DNA from: Prochlorococcus marinus subsp. pastoris str. CCMP1986
GTDB taxonomy: Bacteria > Cyanobacteriota > Cyanobacteriia > PCC-6307 > Cyanobiaceae
Length of the DNA: 32,000 nt
Assembly (NCBI RefSeq): GCF_000011465.1
Contig: NC_005072.1
Coordinates: forward strand, 390,001-422,000
Reading direction: 5' to 3'
Part shown: in pieces, positions 27,706 through 32,000 of the stretch
Layout: the number at the start of each line of letters is the position of its first letter
Position numbering within the stretch: the first letter of the stretch is position 1
Notes under the pieces: model-generated
Databases searched by the model: none
Seen by the model: the letters and a program-made list of their open reading frames with translations, nothing else
Told to the model about the DNA's origin: nothing
Position numbers and translations under genes: made by a program

Positions 27706-28344
27706 ATGAAACTTTCACAAAAAAATGAGGCACTTAACATAATTGAACCAGCATATTTAGCCTCTCTCTCTTCATTACTTTGGATCGCTTTATATTACTT
27801 ACCTATTGGAGGTGCATTGTTGAGATTAATATTACCTCTTCCTATAATCTTGTTGCATTTGAGGAGAGGAACTAAAACTGCATTTGAAGGTCTCATAATA
27901 CAATTTCTTTTGTTATTGATACTTATGGGTCCAATTAGAGGAACTTTATTTTTATTCCCATATGGGATATTAGCTTTTTGGCTAGGCTGGTCTTGGTTTA
28001 TGAAAAAAAATTGGTGGCTTAGTTGGTGTGGAGGTTTTATTCTTGGGACACTCGGTTTTTTTATAAGGGTATTCGCCTTATCAACCTTAGTTGGGGATAA
28101 TCTTTGGATAATAATTACAAGGGCAAGTTATGGTCTTATAGATAAATTTATTGAACTATTTAATTTGCCTTTATCACCTTCGATCAGAATTATTCAATTA
28201 GTTGCAATATTATTAATCATTTTTCAAGAAATGGTCTATGTTTTAACCATACATATACTCGCATATTCTCTTTTCCCTAGATTAAATTCAAATATTCCTG
28301 ATCCTCCAAAAATAATTAATGGATTTGTTGATTTAGGTCTTTGA
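27706..28344 (+). CDS. DUF2232-like polytopic membrane protein
   Basis: 212 aa with about 5-6 TM helices (LSSLLWIALYYLPIGGALLRLILPLP...). The family assignment is recalled only. Confidence 0.6.
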   Translation: MKLSQKNEALNIIEPAYLASLSSLLWIALYYLPIGGALLRLILPLPIILLHLRRGTKTAFEGLIIQFLLLLILMGPIRGTLFLFPYGILAFWLGWSWFMKKNWWLSWCGGFILGTLGFFIRVFALSTLVGDNLWIIITRASYGLIDKFIELFNLPLSPSIRIIQLVAILLIIFQEMVYVLTIHILAYSLFPRLNSNIPDPPKIINGFVDLGL

Positions 28345-28358
28345 TATAAAGTTAAATA

Positions 28359-29516
28359 ATGCAGAAATCGTATTTAGGAATAAAGTTATTTGGAAGTAAA
28401 GGAAATCAAAAACTATTTTTTGAAAAAGTAGATGCTCTTCAAAAAGAAATTAATAATTTTATTTTCTATCTTGTGATTGCAGGAACAGAAACATCTCAAA
28501 TTCAAGGTATATCGGCAGCAGGAATTGATTCAAAAGCCAGAAGGAGAACTGCCTTGGCAGATGCTGAGTTCCTTCTTTTTGGTGCCTATAAAGATCATAA
28601 ATATAAGTTACCCTTTTTAAATTCTGGAGTAACTCCTGCATTAATAAGCTATGTATGTAAGAAACTTATATGCGCAAGTCAAATAGTTGTTCCTATAGGA
28701 ATAAAAGAAAAACCTTACTTTAGTCATTTAACTGTAGAAAATTATTTAGCAGGTCCAGCTAAATGCTTGACTACGGGAAAATCTATGAATAAAGAGAGAG
28801 TTTTGAGTCTTTACAAAAAAGGATTAGAAATTGGAAAATCCACGAAACAACCTATATTCATTTCAGAATCTGTACCAGGAGGAACTACAACTGCTCAGGC
28901 AGTAATGGAAGCTTTTGGCTTAAATGTAAATAATTTAATAGGAAGTAGTTTAATTAATGCTCCTAGGGCCTTAAAAACAAAAGTAATTAAAGCTGGTCTT
29001 TTAAAAGCAAATCTAAAAAATAATTTTGATTCTTTAGATGTTATTTCTTCAGTGGGAGATCCATTTCAAGCTTTCTCTCTGGGACTATTGATTGGAGCAA
29101 GATTAGCTAAGCAATCTGTTGTATTATCTGGAGGTAGCCAAATGTTAGCTGTAATTTTACTTGCGTTGGAATTTATTGACTCTACAGAAAAACAGGAATT
29201 CATTGATTTAGTTTTTATAGCCACTACAGGATGGTTGGTTAAAGATAATTCATTGGGTGATTTATTAGACTTAATAACTGAAAAACACAATGTAAACTTA
29301 TTAGGATTAGCAAGTCCTTTGAATTTCAAATCATCTAAATTTAAAGAATTGAGTGATTATGAAATAGGTTATGTAAAAGAGGGGGTTGGTGCTGGTGGGA
29401 TGTCAATTCTTGCTTTTCTTAAGGGTTTTAGTAATGAAGAAATAGTTTCAAGCTGTCAAGTTAATCTTGAAAGAATGAAGGATTTAGGTCAAATCTCCAT
29501 AAATAAGGATTGTTAA
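28359..29516 (+). CDS. CobT-like phosphoribosyltransferase homologue (archaeal-type, TIGR00303/UPF0284)
   Basis: 385 aa. Shows TETSQIQGISAAG, ESVPGGTTTAQAV, GDPFQ and GGSQMLA, motifs of the nicotinate-nucleotide--dimethylbenzimidazole phosphoribosyltransferase-like superfamily. Confidence 0.7.
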   Translation: MQKSYLGIKLFGSKGNQKLFFEKVDALQKEINNFIFYLVIAGTETSQIQGISAAGIDSKARRRTALADAEFLLFGAYKDHKYKLPFLNSGVTPALISYVCKKLICASQIVVPIGIKEKPYFSHLTVENYLAGPAKCLTTGKSMNKERVLSLYKKGLEIGKSTKQPIFISESVPGGTTTAQAVMEAFGLNVNNLIGSSLINAPRALKTKVIKAGLLKANLKNNFDSLDVISSVGDPFQAFSLGLLIGARLAKQSVVLSGGSQMLAVILLALEFIDSTEKQEFIDLVFIATTGWLVKDNSLGDLLDLITEKHNVNLLGLASPLNFKSSKFKELSDYEIGYVKEGVGAGGMSILAFLKGFSNEEIVSSCQVNLERMKDLGQISINKDC

Positions 29517-30509
29517 ATGCCTAAAAAACATCCTACAAGAAGGCAGTTCCTTAATTTTGGAAAACTATCTCTCCTTTTCTTTCTGAATTCATGTAGTAAT
29601 TCTTTAAAAAAAATCAAAATTGGTTTTCAAAGTTCGACTTATCCAAAATCTTTCAGGGATACGTTCCCTGCGATTTGGCAGAAAGAAAATATTAATTTTA
29701 GTAAGCTTAAATTAGAAAAAAATAAAATAAAATTTTCTAAATCAGACTTTATTTTGATTAACGATGGATGGCTAAAGAGTATTAATTTTGCAAATTTTCA
29801 AAACATAAATAATTTATTTTTAAATGATCTATTAGATAATAGATCGAGAGATTATTTAAAAAGTTTTAAAGAATATCAGCGTAATAAATTATTTCCGATA
29901 GGTGTAGTTCCATATGCAGTAATTATAAAAAATAATAAAGATCTAATTTATGAAGCTAGTAATAATTGGGATTTTCTTCTCGATGAAAAGTTGAAAGGAA
30001 AAATTATATTCCCACAAAGTCCGAGAATATTAATTTCAATTTCAAAAAGAATTAATGTAAAAAATTCACTTAGCAAACTTAAAGAACAAGCAATGTTATT
30101 TGATGATAAAAATTCAATTAATTGGTTAATTAATTCTGACGCTTCTGTTGCGATTATCCCCTTTTCACTATGCGAAAAATATCTGAGAGTTGATTCAAGA
30201 CTTTCGATGGTTTTCCCAAATAAGGGTGTTCCTTTAATGTGGAATTTTCTTCTTACTAAATCAAAAATTAATAACATAGTGTTATTTGATTGGATTAAGT
30301 CTTTAGAAAAAAGGAGTACTATCGATGAGTTAGCTAATCAAGGATGGTATTTACCTTTTAAAAATGAATATTCTCAGGATAAATACAATATCAAAACTGA
30401 AAATAGTAATTATGGTCCATCTGAAAATTGTTGGGAAAATAGTTGGTCTTTTTCATCTCTAAATTATGAAGAGAAGGTAAATCTAGAAAATTTGTGGAAC
30501 CAATCATGA
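29517..30509 (+). CDS. Tat-signal lipoprotein with PotD-like periplasmic solute-binding features
   Basis: 330 aa. Twin-arginine motif TRRQFLNFG followed by lipobox FFLNSCS. NWDFLLDEKLKGKIIFPQSPR and VFPNKGVPLMWNFLL resemble the polyamine-SBP motifs SWxDLxxPxLKGKI and PxEGxxxWxD. The ATG immediately follows the upstream TAA. Confidence 0.5.
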   Translation: MPKKHPTRRQFLNFGKLSLLFFLNSCSNSLKKIKIGFQSSTYPKSFRDTFPAIWQKENINFSKLKLEKNKIKFSKSDFILINDGWLKSINFANFQNINNLFLNDLLDNRSRDYLKSFKEYQRNKLFPIGVVPYAVIIKNNKDLIYEASNNWDFLLDEKLKGKIIFPQSPRILISISKRINVKNSLSKLKEQAMLFDDKNSINWLINSDASVAIIPFSLCEKYLRVDSRLSMVFPNKGVPLMWNFLLTKSKINNIVLFDWIKSLEKRSTIDELANQGWYLPFKNEYSQDKYNIKTENSNYGPSENCWENSWSFSSLNYEEKVNLENLWNQS

Positions 30510-31649
30510 ACCCCATAATCTTTTTTTAGGCTTTTCGATTAATAAGTTGTGAGTTTCTTTTAATAAAGCTGGAATATTTAATTTACTAGGACATTTTGGA
30601 ATGCATTCATTGCAATCTAAGCAAAAAGAAGCATCTTTTTCTTCCCACCAGTGGCCTGCCCGCCCTATTAAATTATATCTTTCTTTAGCAAATTCTAATT
30701 GGCCATACCCAATAGATATATTTCTCAAACGAAGTATCTCTGGAATAGGAATTTCGCTTGGACATGGTAGGCAAGATCTGCATTGCTCACATTTTGAAGA
30801 CTTTAACTCCTCGTTTGCAAAATTTTCGATATTTTCTAATGCTCTAATTTCAGAAGATGTTAGTTTTTGAGTTGAGTTTATAAGCTTTTTTGCAATATTA
30901 AAATCTTCAAATTTTGTAGCTCCTAAAGATAGAGTCGTGATTCCTTTCGATAGTAAAAATCTATAAGCTAGTTCCAAAGGATGGTATGGTGCAGATGCTT
31001 TTAATAAGGTTTCGCTTGGAGCATATAATCTTCCACCCTTATCAGCAGGTGATATTGCCAATACACCCATTTGCTTTTTTAAAGCTAGTTGGGCAAGGCT
31101 TATTTTTGATTGATCTAAAAAATGTAAATGAAGATTGCAAAAACTAAATACTTCACAGTTAATTGCATTCTCAATCAGTTTATAACTGCCATGTGAACTG
31201 AACCCAACTTGATCAACCAGGCCCTTTTTAATTACCCATTTTAAAAACTTTCCACCCTCTCCATTTAGAACCCAATCTAAATGCTCCTTTAAGTTTATTC
31301 CATGGATTGCAAGATTATTTATTTTCTCTAGCTTTAAATTTTTGAGTGAGTTTTCGAAATTCTCTTTTAAATAATTAAAATCTCCTTTAGGTAATACTTT
31401 GGTAGTAATTATCCATTCTTTCCTAAAAATATTTTCGGAAGTTTCTAATTCCTTTAATGAATCCCCGATCAGTTTTTCAGCATTACCGTAAGCAGCAGCA
31501 GTTTCTAAATGATTAATGCCCGCATCATGAGCACTTTTTATAAGGTAATTCATTTTATCAATATTTTCTGTGGCTCTCATTGTGCCTAAAGTAAATAAAC
31601 TTACATGGCACGCTTTCCCAAATGATCTTTTCTTAGAATGAATTATCAT
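30504..31649 (-). CDS. Aldo/keto reductase fused to a C-terminal 2x[4Fe-4S] ferredoxin-like domain
   Basis: 381 aa with an N-terminal AKR barrel (LGTM...INHLETAAAYGNAE). The C-terminus has CEQCRSCLPCP and CLDCNECIPKCP, two classical CxxCxxCxxxCP motifs. Confidence 0.75.
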   Translation of the reverse strand: MIIHSKKRSFGKACHVSLFTLGTMRATENIDKMNYLIKSAHDAGINHLETAAAYGNAEKLIGDSLKELETSENIFRKEWIITTKVLPKGDFNYLKENFENSLKNLKLEKINNLAIHGINLKEHLDWVLNGEGGKFLKWVIKKGLVDQVGFSSHGSYKLIENAINCEVFSFCNLHLHFLDQSKISLAQLALKKQMGVLAISPADKGGRLYAPSETLLKASAPYHPLELAYRFLLSKGITTLSLGATKFEDFNIAKKLINSTQKLTSSEIRALENIENFANEELKSSKCEQCRSCLPCPSEIPIPEILRLRNISIGYGQLEFAKERYNLIGRAGHWWEEKDASFCLDCNECIPKCPSKLNIPALLKETHNLLIEKPKKRLWGS

Positions 31650-31760
31650 CTTTATATGATTAAGACCTACTTAATAACTTTTTAATTTATTTATAGTAGA
31701 AAATGTTTTAAAGTAAATCAAAGTTAATAATAGTTTTTCAAATAATCTTTATTTAAAGTT

Positions 31761-32000
31761 ATGTTTACAGGAATAGTCCAGGCAATAGGAAAACTTAAAA
31801 AAGAAAAAAACTTCTTAATTATTGAAATTCTAGATCAGCCTTTTGATACGCAAATAGGTGATAGTATTGCCGTTGATGGAATTTGTTTAACAGTAAAAGA
31901 GATTTCAAATAATCAATTTAAAGTAGAGGTAAGTGAAGAAACTTTAAAAAAGACTACTTTAGGAGAAAAATCTAATATTAACCAAATAGTTAATTTAGAG
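31761..32000 (+). CDS. ribE: Riboflavin synthase alpha chain (5' part; runs off the window end)
   Basis: ATG at 31761 gives MFTGIVQAIGKLKKEKNFLIIEILDQPFDTQIGDSIAVDGICLTVKEISNNQFKVEVSEETLKKTTLGEKSNINQIVNLE. This is the canonical MFTGI...G.S.AV.G.CLTV lumazine-binding repeat. Confidence 0.9.
   Translation, partial: MFTGIVQAIGKLKKEKNFLIIEILDQPFDTQIGDSIAVDGICLTVKEISNNQFKVEVSEETLKKTTLGEKSNINQIVNLE

Noticed and set aside
1207-30870. Other short track ORFs nested in or antisense to larger genes: 1207-1413, 4314-4532, 4949-5209, 8921-9124, 15185-15448, 15901-16095, 16337-16546, 16979-17182, 18448-18633, 21085-21270, 21835-22020, 23243-23497, 26450-26710, 28459-28641, 29066-29329, 29948-30277 and 30601-30870.
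   Set aside because: Each is fully embedded in a longer ORF that has strong family motifs. Their translations are low-complexity and show no recognisable domains.
31650-31760. A possible FMN riboswitch upstream of ribE.
   Set aside because: The spacer is only about 110 nt and almost pure A/T. It lacks the GC-containing conserved helices an FMN aptamer requires.
1-32000. The window as a genomic island, mobile element or defence locus.
   Set aside because: There is no integrase, transposase, tRNA attachment site, flanking direct repeats or composition shift. The content is almost entirely conserved housekeeping genes in a syntenic-looking order. By-eye scanning also found no tRNA or rRNA, and no match to the Yfr1 core motif ACTCCTCACAC on either strand.

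Overview
This is an AT-rich (roughly 30% GC by eye), tightly packed segment with many GTG/TTG start codons. It reads as core chromosome of a high-light-adapted marine Prochlorococcus. That assignment comes from composition, protein sequences and gene order (rpsD-yidD-murE ... mqo-lepA ... photolyase-like-rsmB-PBP-chlG-hisF-menG-birA-ndhB-topA-cobT-like-ribE); no database search was possible. I support about 37 CDS, including two short ones missing from the ORF track. There is also one riboswitch-like leader, two clear hairpin terminators and one perfect 93-bp in-frame tandem repeat. I see no rRNA, tRNA, CRISPR array, transposase, integrase, phage gene or recognisable defence module. I do not see convincing evidence for a wholly new multi-gene system, and most of the window is housekeeping. 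The items most worth a second look are: (1) a glutamine-riboswitch-like (glnA / Downstream-peptide type) leader in front of a DUF4278-type YRG-repeat micro-protein; (2) a translationally coupled four-gene cassette, DCC/DUF393 - TIGR03643 - an unlisted DUF2256 zinc-ribbon ORF - a photolyase-related protein that appears to lack most Fe-S cysteines; (3) a lipoprotein coupled to topA that carries 2.6 perfectly identical 93-bp repeats; (4) an unusually long 500-bp spacer with a palindrome and a possible 45-aa membrane micro-ORF; (5) a DUF2232 - archaeal-type CobT-like - Tat-signal lipoprotein (PotD-like fold) trio. All family assignments are recalled from motifs, not searched.
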